Below, one piece after another: positions 1 through 9,181 of a stretch of 64,000 nt of DNA. The position numbers and the translations under genes were made by a program. The DNA comes from a virus (Duplodnaviria > Caudoviricetes). How positions within the stretch are numbered: the first letter of the stretch is position 1; each line of letters opens with the position of its first letter. The notes beneath the pieces were generated by a model. It saw nothing but the letters and a program-made list of their open reading frames with translations, searched no databases and was not told the DNA's origin. The stretch lies in the IMG/VR virus record IMGVR_UViG_3300023170_000014, positions 12,391 to 76,390 of that record, one strand, 5' to 3'.

Positions 1-2
1 TC

Positions 3-1262
3 ATTAATAATAAAAAATGGAAAATAGTTCGTCCTAAGCATAATCCACAACCAGCAGAATATGCAAGACCAAAGGGACAATGGGGTATGTATTCAAAAAC
101 CGCTATGTTTGAAAATAGTGAATTTACAGACTCTTTTGTTAGAGAAAAACTTATTCCTGCAAGAAAATCTCTCCCAGAAGTTACAAAAAAAGAAGCGATT
201 AGAAAAGCAAAACAAATATGGGAACAATTTGAAAATCACCCATTTGGAAATGCAATTCCCGGAAGTAGTAATGAACAATTAAAATATCTTGTAGATGATA
301 TAGATCTATCTTCATCTGGGATAACTCAAGAAACTCTTAATAATCGTTTTTATGATCCAAACCAAGTTGACATTTTTAGAGAAAAAAGATTAAAACAACT
401 TTTTGAAAAAGGAATTTCAATTGAAAAATTTTATATTTATTATCTTCTACAAATAGCAAAAGAAGCGTTGTGGAATCATCTTTTTAATAATACAATGCCT
501 GTTTATGAAATGGATCAAGCAGAAAAAGAATTGATGAATTCTTTATCAAATGATGATAAAAATAATCTTTATCTTATATTTAAAAATACTTATCACGAAG
601 AGTTTAAAAGATTATTTAATGGTAACAAAACTTCAGCAAATAAAAAAGACGCATGGGAAGCCGTTCTTGATGGAGAGATGGGCCACGATATCCTCACTAC
701 TGGAAGTTGGGAAGAAGTAAAAAAACAAACCCTCAAGTGGCTTAAACAACTTAAAGACGGATATATAAATAAAGAAAATCCTCATGATAATGAAAAGATT
801 GATTCCGAAGCAAAAGAGCAAGACGGGCATGCAATGGAAGATCTAAAACTTTACGAAGAAAAGAAGCGCTGGTCATTCCACTTTGATCATGGCAAGCATC
901 CATATGATCTTATCATTCAGCCTGTTGGATATAAAGAATCAAATAATAATTGGAGACACGGAGACTGCGACCTTTTTGCAATAAAAAAACATCAAGAAAC
1001 AGGCTGGCCGATCTATAAAATTGCTGAAGGGCCAAATGACGGGGCGTGGCACTTTTTCTTAATTAATCCCGAAACTGGAGAAGGATTAGATGGAGATGGT
1101 CTTAGACCTGTAGAAGAAATACTTCAAGAACACGATCCAGACTTTAATCCTGAATACGAAGAACTAGGAATTTACCCTGATGTTTTTGAATCTTCGCTAA
1201 AAGAAGCAATAAATTACAGAAAAGGATATAAAGAATCTAAATTAAAAGAAATATGTGTATAG
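3..1262 (+). CDS. 5'-truncated modular (putative head-cargo) protein with C-terminal papain/transglutaminase-like module
   Basis: The frame of ORF 87..1262 is open back to position 3 (INNKKWKIVRPKHNPQPAEYARPKGQWGMYSKTA...), so the gene starts upstream of the window. Last module has GDCDLFA...WHFFL...LDGDG (Cys-His-Asp). KTA/KTS/KDA/KES linkers. Confidence 0.6.
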   Translation: MNNKKWKIVRPKHNPQPAEYARPKGQWGMYSKTAMFENSEFTDSFVREKLIPARKSLPEVTKKEAIRKAKQIWEQFENHPFGNAIPGSSNEQLKYLVDDIDLSSSGITQETLNNRFYDPNQVDIFREKRLKQLFEKGISIEKFYIYYLLQIAKEALWNHLFNNTMPVYEMDQAEKELMNSLSNDDKNNLYLIFKNTYHEEFKRLFNGNKTSANKKDAWEAVLDGEMGHDILTTGSWEEVKKQTLKWLKQLKDGYINKENPHDNEKIDSEAKEQDGHAMEDLKLYEEKKRWSFHFDHGKHPYDLIIQPVGYKESNNNWRHGDCDLFAIKKHQETGWPIYKIAEGPNDGAWHFFLINPETGEGLDGDGLRPVEEILQEHDPDFNPEYEELGIYPDVFESSLKEAINYRKGYKESKLKEICV

Positions 1263-1270
1263 CGAAGTTT

Positions 1271-1280
1271 TAATAATAGA
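1271..1280 (+). promoter_or_regulatory. putative phage late promoter element (TAA-N3/4-TAGA)
   Basis: TAATAATAGA in the short gap before ORF 1300; same motif recurs before other structural units. Confidence 0.4.
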
Positions 1281-1299
1281 ATAGAAAGATTGGATAATT

Positions 1300-4200
1300 A
1301 TGAAAGTTGATTTTCAAAACATAGAAGAAGGACAAAATGGTAAACTATTTGCGGTCTTAGAAGAAGACCAACTTCCGGTAGGTCAATTGTTTTATAAAGT
1401 TGATAATAATAATAAAAATCTTATTGTAGATTATATCTATATTCCTCGTAAGTATTGGCGCGAAGGTGGAATTAGAGAACAACTTATTGCTGAACTTCAG
1501 AGTATGTATCCTGCCTATTCTTTTTCTATGAAACAAAATCAAAAACAATCTTATCTTTTAAAAGAAGCGCCCGCTCGTAGTAAAGCCCAATTTAGATATA
1601 TGCAAGGTATTTGTAATGGCTCTATTGAGCCTCCAAAGGGGATGACTCGCGCTAAGGCTTGTGAATACGTTGAAGGACAAAAAAATTATAAAAGTTTGCC
1701 GGATAAAAAATCAGCGCGCCCATCAATCCGCGACACAAAAGGTTCTGAGTTTTTAAGAGATATTATCGCTGAATACGTTGGGGGAGAAAGCGTAGCATCA
1801 CTTGCAAAAAAATATAATGTTTCTACAAATGCAATTAAAAATTATTTACAAGAAAACAATATTCCTTCTAGAAGTCTTAAGGAGCATAGGCTTCATCCAA
1901 AAACAAAAAAACAAACGCCGCCAATTCGGGAGCGTGTTCCAAACAGAAAACAAAAAAAACTTCTTGTACCCAAAAAACAAAGACCAGATACTCTTCCTAA
2001 TTTTAAATTTAAAACAGATCATGATTTATTAATAGATGAACTCCCTCAAGAATTACAAGACGAAATTAATGAAAGAAAGAAATTAGAAGAAAGTGGAGAA
2101 GTCCCATTTATTCCTCAAATGAATTGGGCAAGCCCCTATTCTGGCGACTATGTACCTTCTGCATCAGAAATACTTGGCGATAAAAAAATGAAACCTAAAG
2201 AAAAATATAGAAGTGAAAAAATTGCAAAGTCTACTCTTCATAAAAATGTTCATACAGGGAAACCATGCACTTGTGGTTTTTATAGACCAGAACAAAAACA
2301 ATCTAAGTGGAAACAAGTAACCGCATCTAAACTAGATAAGATTATTAAAGACGATCCTAAAGTGCTTAGAACAGAAGAGGGGCAAAAGGTTCTTGACTGG
2401 ATGAAAGGTCTTCCCGAAAAAGTTGATGACTTTCTGCCTTGGATTGTAAGAGAATATAAAAAGAAAAGATTAGAACCTTCAATGGTTGGAGAAGGCGAAG
2501 ATGCTTTTGTGGAACTGATGCAAACTACTCCCATTGAAGGAACTGAATTTAGAGGATTTTTAGACGAAGCAACTCTTTCTCATTGGGCAGATTGGTATGG
2601 AAGTAATTCTCCTACTCGTCGTGGCGTTAACATCATGGAATTTTCAGTAAAAGATATTTTTGATAAAATCCAAGAATGGGACTTAGAACTTCTGTCTCAA
2701 GGAGTTTCTTTAGATGAAGAAAAGAAAAAAGACGAAAAAATTATTTATGAGTGGCCCGATGGATGGTTTATAAGGGATCTTTCACCAGAAGAGTGTGATT
2801 ATGAAGGTCAAACTATGCAACACTGTGTTCGTCGTCAAGGATATGGAGACAGAATAGAACAAGGTCTAATAAAAATTGTTTCTTTAAGAAGTCCAAATAA
2901 TAAACCTCACGCTACTTTAGAAATAAATAAAGACGGCTCTATTCAACAAATTCAAGGAAAACAAAACCTTCACCCTCTTGCAAAATATAGAAAAAGAATT
3001 CGTCAATTTATGACAGATCCCAACGGGTTTGAACGACTTTTTAATAAAAAACCGACTCTTCCCGGGGGTCGCAATATAACCGAATGGCAAGAGTTTAGAA
3101 ATATGGATGGAGAGTCTAACTATGATCCAAGTATGATTGCTATTGATGAAGAAGAAGAATTTGATTCAAAATATGACGAAAATATGAGGCGACACCCTTA
3201 CGCCGGTCCCGGGGGGTTTGATAGAAACTATAGACCAGAGCATTATGGAATCTATCCGCCAGAAGCAAGCCCAGATAAGCCTGTTGATATGGCAAGATTA
3301 TTAACCTCTTTGCCAGAAGATATCTCTCAAGAAGATCTTCAAAAACTATTAGATTATGCAAGAAGAACGGGCCAAGTAGATCAACTTGCTAAAATAATGC
3401 AAAGTCAACAAACAAGAAATCAAGACTTATTGATAATTCCTAGTTTTGAAGATCAACGCCGTGGGGGATGGAGAGATGCTTTTGAAAAGATGACTATGAC
3501 AAATCCAAATGATCCTAATTATAAAGAAAAATGGAACGAGTGGCTATCCTCTATTTGGAGCGAAGATCCTAAACAATTGGCAAAAAATCTTGTTGAAGTT
3601 AATAAAATAAATCAAAATTGGGGGGAATCAGGATCTGAAGATGAAAGTCGTGCAACAAGTATTCTTAAAATTATAAACAAATATAATTCAATGAATCAAT
3701 TGCGTTCAATGTTTAATCCAGAAGAAGACGAATTATTAAATTGGTCTGAGTTTGATGAAACAGACTTTTCAGATTATCGTCAAAGATTTGAACGAGGTTT
3801 ACATAAGGGAGAAGGTATTTCACAATTGCCCACTAGAGTTGATGAGCAACAACTTTCACTTCTGTCTAAGTGGAGAAGGACTTCTAAATGGAAAAAGACT
3901 TCAGTTGATAATTGGGATGATATTGAAAACGAAGAACACGAAGAACACACTCAAGAAGAGGCTAAATGGGAAGGTCAAGCCGCAGCCATGTATAATTTGT
4001 CAATAGTTCCTAATTTTATGCAATCTCAAAGCATTTCTAGTTATGGCGGCCTTTACCGCGAAGTGGGTGCTGCTAGTAAAACTCAAGATTTTTATGATAA
4101 TTTTATAGACCGCGCCTCAGAATATTTAATAGACATATTTGCAGGATCTGAAGAAAGTTGGGTTCTTGATGAGGAATACCAAGATTCTTTTTATGATGGT

Positions 4201-4755
4201 TTTTGGGAAGAAACTAATAAAAATTGGCAAAATTATATAGAAGCACTCAAATATGACATTAAAAAGAATTTACAAGATGAACCTATATATGAGGCAATAA
4301 TAAAAGACTGGCCGTGGCAAGAAGAAGGAGCAATTGAAAGTTTTCAAAATACAATAGAAAAAACTAAAGAATTGGGATTAGGACATTTACTTTGGATTTT
4401 TGAACGTTATTATTCTGAAATTTATGATAAAGCAGAATTGATGTATGCAAATGATCCTAACTTTGCATGGATAAAAGGAGAACTAGATAAACAAATTCGT
4501 GAAGTTATTAACAACGCTGACGAAATAATTGCACAAGGGTTAGGCGCTTCAAATCCAGATTACAGTGCTGATATGTCTAAATGGTATGCTGAACCTGTTT
4601 CAAAAAGAGAAGAAGAATGGCTTGGGCCTGAAGAAACTGATCAAAATGAAGCAAGAAAGCATCGTAAAAACATTAGAGATAAGTGGAAAGTGCAGCCGGG
4701 TAAAAAACTTGAATGGGCAACTGAAGAAGATTTTCCTAAGAAAAGATGGGAATAA
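1300..4755 (+). CDS. large modular protein: GNAT-like N-terminus, PARSKAQ head motif, HTH, Zn micro-module, PcfJ-like domain
   Basis: IVDYIYIPRKYWREGG (GNAT motif A-like); SVASLAKKYNVSTNAIKNYL (HTH); EGQTMQHCV...SLRSPNNKPHATLEI...QIQGKQN (PcfJ-like). Confidence 0.6.
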   Translation: MKVDFQNIEEGQNGKLFAVLEEDQLPVGQLFYKVDNNNKNLIVDYIYIPRKYWREGGIREQLIAELQSMYPAYSFSMKQNQKQSYLLKEAPARSKAQFRYMQGICNGSIEPPKGMTRAKACEYVEGQKNYKSLPDKKSARPSIRDTKGSEFLRDIIAEYVGGESVASLAKKYNVSTNAIKNYLQENNIPSRSLKEHRLHPKTKKQTPPIRERVPNRKQKKLLVPKKQRPDTLPNFKFKTDHDLLIDELPQELQDEINERKKLEESGEVPFIPQMNWASPYSGDYVPSASEILGDKKMKPKEKYRSEKIAKSTLHKNVHTGKPCTCGFYRPEQKQSKWKQVTASKLDKIIKDDPKVLRTEEGQKVLDWMKGLPEKVDDFLPWIVREYKKKRLEPSMVGEGEDAFVELMQTTPIEGTEFRGFLDEATLSHWADWYGSNSPTRRGVNIMEFSVKDIFDKIQEWDLELLSQGVSLDEEKKKDEKIIYEWPDGWFIRDLSPEECDYEGQTMQHCVRRQGYGDRIEQGLIKIVSLRSPNNKPHATLEINKDGSIQQIQGKQNLHPLAKYRKRIRQFMTDPNGFERLFNKKPTLPGGRNITEWQEFRNMDGESNYDPSMIAIDEEEEFDSKYDENMRRHPYAGPGGFDRNYRPEHYGIYPPEASPDKPVDMARLLTSLPEDISQEDLQKLLDYARRTGQVDQLAKIMQSQQTRNQDLLIIPSFEDQRRGGWRDAFEKMTMTNPNDPNYKEKWNEWLSSIWSEDPKQLAKNLVEVNKINQNWGESGSEDESRATSILKIINKYNSMNQLRSMFNPEEDELLNWSEFDETDFSDYRQRFERGLHKGEGISQLPTRVDEQQLSLLSKWRRTSKWKKTSVDNWDDIENEEHEEHTQEEAKWEGQAAAMYNLSIVPNFMQSQSISSYGGLYREVGAASKTQDFYDNFIDRASEYLIDIFAGSEESWVLDEEYQDSFYDGFWEETNKNWQNYIEALKYDIKKNLQDEPIYEAIIKDWPWQEEGAIESFQNTIEKTKELGLGHLLWIFERYYSEIYDKAELMYANDPNFAWIKGELDKQIREVINNADEIIAQGLGASNPDYSADMSKWYAEPVSKREEEWLGPEETDQNEARKHRKNIRDKWKVQPGKKLEWATEEDFPKKRWE

Positions 4756-6047
4756 TGAAAAAGCGATCCTATTTTGAAGAATTTAATGTTGAGCATGGAT
4801 CAGATAATGTCAGTGAATATTTCTTAATAAAAGACGAAGATCAAATTATTGGTTCTGTTTACTATGCCCCTGTACCTAACGGCGACGGAACTGCAATTTT
4901 TTATTTGGGATATGGCGACAAACTTCATCCTTATGAAAATACAAAAGAAATAGAAGAACTTAAAAGTAAATATCCTCGTCTTAGTGTAGAAATTTTTAAA
5001 TGGATAAGAAAAAACTTGCCGCAACCTTACTATGCTGCATTTGCAAATGAAGAATTAAAAAGAGCATTAAGAGCAGAGCCTACTGGAATGAGAAGTGTTG
5101 ATATAACAACAGGAGAGCCAGTAGATATTCATATCATACGTCGTTCTAGTGAAAGGTTTATTATGAGTAGTAATGAAAAAGTTGATAGAGTAAAAGAAGC
5201 ACTTAAAGAAAAAGATGATGAAGAATACAACAATGCAATGATTGATCTTTGGGAAAGTATTTCTCCGGGAATGGGTAAGCAATATATAGAAAAATATCAT
5301 AGCCCCCCAAAAAGTGAAAAAGAATTAAAAGAGTGGGCAAATGAAGAATTAAAAAAAGCAGATCCTACGGGTACTAAAACAATGGATAAACCTGAACAAA
5401 GAAAAAAGAAATCATCTGTTGACTTAACTCCCCCAGAGGGCGTTCGTGCTGCTGCTCGTAGAGGTATTAAATATCATTCTGAAGGAAAAGCGGGTAAAGG
5501 CTTTGAATCTGCGACTCTCACTCGCGCTCGCAAGATTGCAGAAGGAAAAGAATTAACCCCAGAGCATGTTAAGCGTATGCACTCTTTCTTTGAAAGACAC
5601 GCTGGAGGTCGCTCAGAAAAGGCTGGCAAAGGCGAAGTTACACCTTGGGATGTTGCTTGGCTGGCTTGGGGCGGGAATGCAGGAAGATCTTGGGCTGCAT
5701 CTAAAGTTAAAGAAATGGAAAGAAGTAAAGAATCTTCTAAGAAAAAACGGGGTTTTATGTTTAGCCCACAAAGAATTAAAGACGCTGTTGATAATAAAAA
5801 TTTTAAAGAAGCCGAAAGGCTTTTAGAAGAATATAGGATGACGCTAGATGGTAGCAGAAATCCAAAAGAAATTAATGCTGTGTTAAAATCAATTAAAAAC
5901 TTAAAAGAATATATTCAAAGAAACAAAGAGGCAAAGAGTAAATGTAATTGTTGGGATGGGTATAAAAGAGTGCCCGGAACAAAGCCTTGCGCTCCCGGCT
6001 CTTGTGAAAAATGTGATAACCACAGAAAAAAGAAAAAGAAATCATAA
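4755..6047 (+). CDS. modular head-associated protein
   Basis: Contains the phage head-protein domain PPEGVRAAARRG...VKRMHSFFERH...VAWLAWGG..GRSWA and a C-terminal CWDGYKRVPGTK..GSC motif. ATG overlaps the upstream TAA (ORF track start 4746). Confidence 0.6.
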   Translation: MKKRSYFEEFNVEHGSDNVSEYFLIKDEDQIIGSVYYAPVPNGDGTAIFYLGYGDKLHPYENTKEIEELKSKYPRLSVEIFKWIRKNLPQPYYAAFANEELKRALRAEPTGMRSVDITTGEPVDIHIIRRSSERFIMSSNEKVDRVKEALKEKDDEEYNNAMIDLWESISPGMGKQYIEKYHSPPKSEKELKEWANEELKKADPTGTKTMDKPEQRKKKSSVDLTPPEGVRAAARRGIKYHSEGKAGKGFESATLTRARKIAEGKELTPEHVKRMHSFFERHAGGRSEKAGKGEVTPWDVAWLAWGGNAGRSWAASKVKEMERSKESSKKKRGFMFSPQRIKDAVDNKNFKEAERLLEEYRMTLDGSRNPKEINAVLKSIKNLKEYIQRNKEAKSKCNCWDGYKRVPGTKPCAPGSCEKCDNHRKKKKKS

Positions 6048-6051
6048 AATA

Positions 6052-6060
6052 TGATATTAT
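6052..6060 (+). promoter_or_regulatory. extended -10 promoter (TGnTATTAT)
   Basis: TGATATTAT upstream of the AGGAG RBS and GTG start of the GT2 gene. Confidence 0.4.
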
Positions 6061-6085
6061 GTTAGTATAAAGTTAGGAGATTAAT

Positions 6086-6853
6086 GTGGATAAAGTTGCA
6101 GTAGTTATGTTAAATTATAATATGCCCGAAATTATTGAGCATAATATAAAAGTGTTAAAAACATCAGAAGTGCCGATGGATATTATTGTTGTTGAAAATG
6201 GTTCAGATGAAGAGTGGATGTTTGCTCCAAACGACGACGATATCCATATGGTTTATTTGGATTATAATTTGAGAGCCACACATGGCTATAGAATGGGTTT
6301 AACATATGCAAAGTCCCTTGAAGCATTAAATTGGGAAAATTATTTTGCCTATTTTATTATGACAACTACAGGGCAACTTGTTGAGGGAACAGATCCTTTA
6401 TTGCCTCTTTACACTTTCTTAAAAGAAAATGATAATGCTGTTATTGTGCAAGCCGCTCATGATGAGTCTTCAATTGGATTTTGGAAGCATCTTAGAAATA
6501 GAGGAACGGGTCAGCCTCGCCAAACTTGGATGATGGAACATTCTTGTGCTTTATTTAGAGCAGACTGGTTTGATGAATCTAACTGGCTACACCCTCTGTT
6601 ATTAATTCATGGAACTGATCTTTACTACTCTTGGCAAGCACGAAAAGATGGAAGAGGCATTTATGTCCATGAGGGGCTAGAAATGCATCGTCATAATAAT
6701 AATATGTTTGAACTTGGCCGCGCTCCTGAATCTGATCCTGCTGAAAGAACTAGATTAGCAAGAAACGCTATGGATCAAGCCTTATCTATTGAGATGGGCG
6801 AGAATTGGGAAGAGCGGCTAATGAAAGAGTTTGTTCAAGAAGAATGGCTATAA
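6086..6853 (+). CDS. glycosyltransferase, family 2-like (GT-A fold)
   Basis: VAVVMLNYN...IIVVENGSDE N-terminal GT2 signature; GTD acceptor-side motif. Confidence 0.75.
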   Translation: MDKVAVVMLNYNMPEIIEHNIKVLKTSEVPMDIIVVENGSDEEWMFAPNDDDIHMVYLDYNLRATHGYRMGLTYAKSLEALNWENYFAYFIMTTTGQLVEGTDPLLPLYTFLKENDNAVIVQAAHDESSIGFWKHLRNRGTGQPRQTWMMEHSCALFRADWFDESNWLHPLLLIHGTDLYYSWQARKDGRGIYVHEGLEMHRHNNNMFELGRAPESDPAERTRLARNAMDQALSIEMGENWEERLMKEFVQEEWL

Positions 6854-6854
6854 G

Positions 6855-7268
6855 ATGGATGAAAAGAGTGAGTATTATTGTTACTTTCCAACAGTAAATA
6901 TAGATAAAAAATATGCTTACTCTTTAGTTTATGCAAGATACCCCAATCAACGTGAAAACCTCATCGTGATTGGGGTTATTGCTATTTCAGATAAAAACAA
7001 AGATCAATTTGTCTTACAATTTTTCAAAGATAGAGATATAAAAATGTTTTTTGAAGAAGAAATTTTAGACAAATTTGATTTATTTTCTGAAAGTTGGTTA
7101 GTACACATGAGTTTTAAAAATTTTCATGAACCATTTTTCATTGGCAAACCTTTTGTTATAGCAAGTAATTCTGCTGAAGATATTTGCAAAAAAATTCACA
7201 ATAAATATGAACAAACTGGCTATATAATTAAAGATGATATAACTGATGTTCGTTTTGAACTTGATTAG
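6855..7268 (+). CDS. hypothetical protein
   Basis: ORF fills the gap after the GT2 gene (track start 6831); no motif recognised. Confidence 0.55.
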   Translation: MDEKSEYYCYFPTVNIDKKYAYSLVYARYPNQRENLIVIGVIAISDKNKDQFVLQFFKDRDIKMFFEEEILDKFDLFSESWLVHMSFKNFHEPFFIGKPFVIASNSAEDICKKIHNKYEQTGYIIKDDITDVRFELD

Positions 7269-7285
7269 TCCTATTAGCGATAGAT

Positions 7286-7295
7286 TAATTATAGA
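7286..7295 (+). promoter_or_regulatory. putative late promoter element
   Basis: TAATTATAGA, identical to the copy at 32873. Confidence 0.45.
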
Positions 7296-7312
7296 AACAT
7301 CTAGGAGATAAA

Positions 7313-8191
7313 ATGGGTACAGCCGGTGCTGAAAGAACCTCTCAATTAAATTTATACTATTGGGAAGACTTATCAGATTTTTATAATCATATTGAACTAT
7401 ATAATAATTGGTTAGTTGTAGATGCTGCTCTTGTAAAAAAGAAATACGGAGGAACTGCAAACTTTACTTATGGTGATTATGCTGAAGATATAAGATTTGC
7501 AGGAACTGCCGGATTAGGTTCAAGCGCTATTTCTGTTAGATCAGGAACAGTAACTGGAGCAGGGACTTCATCTCCGGGGACATTAAGTGCTGCCGATACT
7601 CATGATAGATTTAATATTTTAACTGGAGGTACTGTAAATTGGGGCAGTGGTGGAACTACTACTGACGTTTCTTTATACAGAAGTGGTGGAAGCGCTCTTA
7701 CATTATCAGGAACTTTAAGTGTTGATTCACTTGGACTTCCAACTGGAGGAAATATTAGTCAAACTGAAGCCAGTTTAGCATCAGATTCTTTTCTTCAATC
7801 TTCAGTAACAGGAGACACAGATAATAGATTTTCTATTACTACAGCAGGAAGTGTTGATTGGGGTAGCGGAGTTGCTGCAACAGATGTTAACCTCTACAGG
7901 CTAGGAGTTGGTACAATTGCAACAAACGGAGTTTTTGCAACAAACGGAATAAGTTCAACATCTGGCACTGGAGGAACAACTGTTTTTTATTCTAATGTTA
8001 AGTTAACTGGCAATAAATTTGGAGTCTTTGGTTCCGCTTCTGTCCAATCTATAGGATGGGGAAGTGGACCAAGCAACGTCAGTGCAGGAACAAAAACTTA
8101 TGATGCAAATGCTGTTAGTATCGGAGAACTTGCTGATACATTAGGAAATCTTATTGTTGCATTAAGAGACTATGGAATTTTAGGGGCATAA
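7313..8191 (+). CDS. Gly/Thr/Ser-rich virion fibre-like protein
   Basis: AGGAG RBS; two RF.I...G.V.WGSG....DV.LYR repeats; C-terminal LIVALRDYGILG typical of head/tail fibre ends. Confidence 0.65.
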   Translation: MGTAGAERTSQLNLYYWEDLSDFYNHIELYNNWLVVDAALVKKKYGGTANFTYGDYAEDIRFAGTAGLGSSAISVRSGTVTGAGTSSPGTLSAADTHDRFNILTGGTVNWGSGGTTTDVSLYRSGGSALTLSGTLSVDSLGLPTGGNISQTEASLASDSFLQSSVTGDTDNRFSITTAGSVDWGSGVAATDVNLYRLGVGTIATNGVFATNGISSTSGTGGTTVFYSNVKLTGNKFGVFGSASVQSIGWGSGPSNVSAGTKTYDANAVSIGELADTLGNLIVALRDYGILGA

Positions 8192-8192
8192 A

Positions 8193-8984
8193 ATGGCTAT
8201 ATTTGGAGATATTTCCTCAGACGAACTTAAAGATTATTATTATATACCACCATCAACTATCTTTCCTTATGCGGGGACTGCTACAGGAAGTGCCCCGGCT
8301 GGCTGGCTTTTCTGTGATGGCGCCTCTGTAGGAACAGCAACTTATCCAGATTTATTCGCAGTAATTGGATATAGTTATGGCGGGAGTGGAGCGTCTTTTA
8401 CCATTCCTGATCTTAGAGGTCGTGTAATTGCTGGTAGAGACATAGATAATGGTTCTGGCACTGCTGGAAGATTAAGCACAATGGGCAGTGGTGGAACGGT
8501 AAGTGCTGTTGCTGGGGGTGCTGAAACACACACTTTAGGAACTGGAGAAATGCCAGCGCACACTCATGGGACAAGTGCTTTAACATCAGGAGTAACAGAT
8601 GCTACTGGTGGGCACAATCACTCTGTAAGTGGTAATACTGGATCTACAGATTTAAGTCACACACACAATGTCGTTCCCGGAGCAGGAGTTGATCATGTTT
8701 TCTTACGACCAACTTCTCCATCTGAATACGTTAGATTATATTCAAGTGGTGCTTCTGGTCCCGGATATACAACATTGGGCCAAGGATCAAGAGGTATGAG
8801 TGTAAATCTTCTTAATCAGGCGGCTTCATTAAATCACACACATACTTTTGTAGCCTCAACATCTTCTGTTGGAAGCCACACTCACAATGTCTCTGGAAAT
8901 ATTGTAACCAATTCTGTTGGTAGCGGAAATGCTCACAACAACGTACAACCAACAATGGTTATGAACTACATTATTAAAGTTTAA
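8193..8984 (+). CDS. tail-collar domain fibre protein
   Basis: APAGWLFCDG...YPDLFAVIG..YGG...FTIPDLRGR collar domain; HTH/HSH metal-binding repeats; HNNVQPTMVMNYIIK end. Confidence 0.85.
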   Translation: MAIFGDISSDELKDYYYIPPSTIFPYAGTATGSAPAGWLFCDGASVGTATYPDLFAVIGYSYGGSGASFTIPDLRGRVIAGRDIDNGSGTAGRLSTMGSGGTVSAVAGGAETHTLGTGEMPAHTHGTSALTSGVTDATGGHNHSVSGNTGSTDLSHTHNVVPGAGVDHVFLRPTSPSEYVRLYSSGASGPGYTTLGQGSRGMSVNLLNQAASLNHTHTFVASTSSVGSHTHNVSGNIVTNSVGSGNAHNNVQPTMVMNYIIKV

Positions 8985-8986
8985 AT

Positions 8987-9121
8987 ATGGAACACTTAAC
9001 TATAGAAAAAGTAGCAAATCTAATCGGGCAATTGCAATTAAATATCCTAGATTTACAATCTTATGTAGAAAAACTAGAACAAAAAATTGCCGAATTAGAA
9101 TCTAAAAACATAAAAAACTAG
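8987..9121 (+). CDS. small coiled-coil protein (44 aa; not in ORF track)
   Basis: MEHLTIEKVANLIGQLQLNILDLQSYVEKLEQKIAELESKNIKN exactly fills the gap after the fibre gene. Confidence 0.55.
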   Translation: MEHLTIEKVANLIGQLQLNILDLQSYVEKLEQKIAELESKNIKN

Positions 9122-9181
9122 AATTTTGCCTGTACCTTAAGAATAATATGTAGGTTACAGTTAGAACAAGGAGTATATTTA

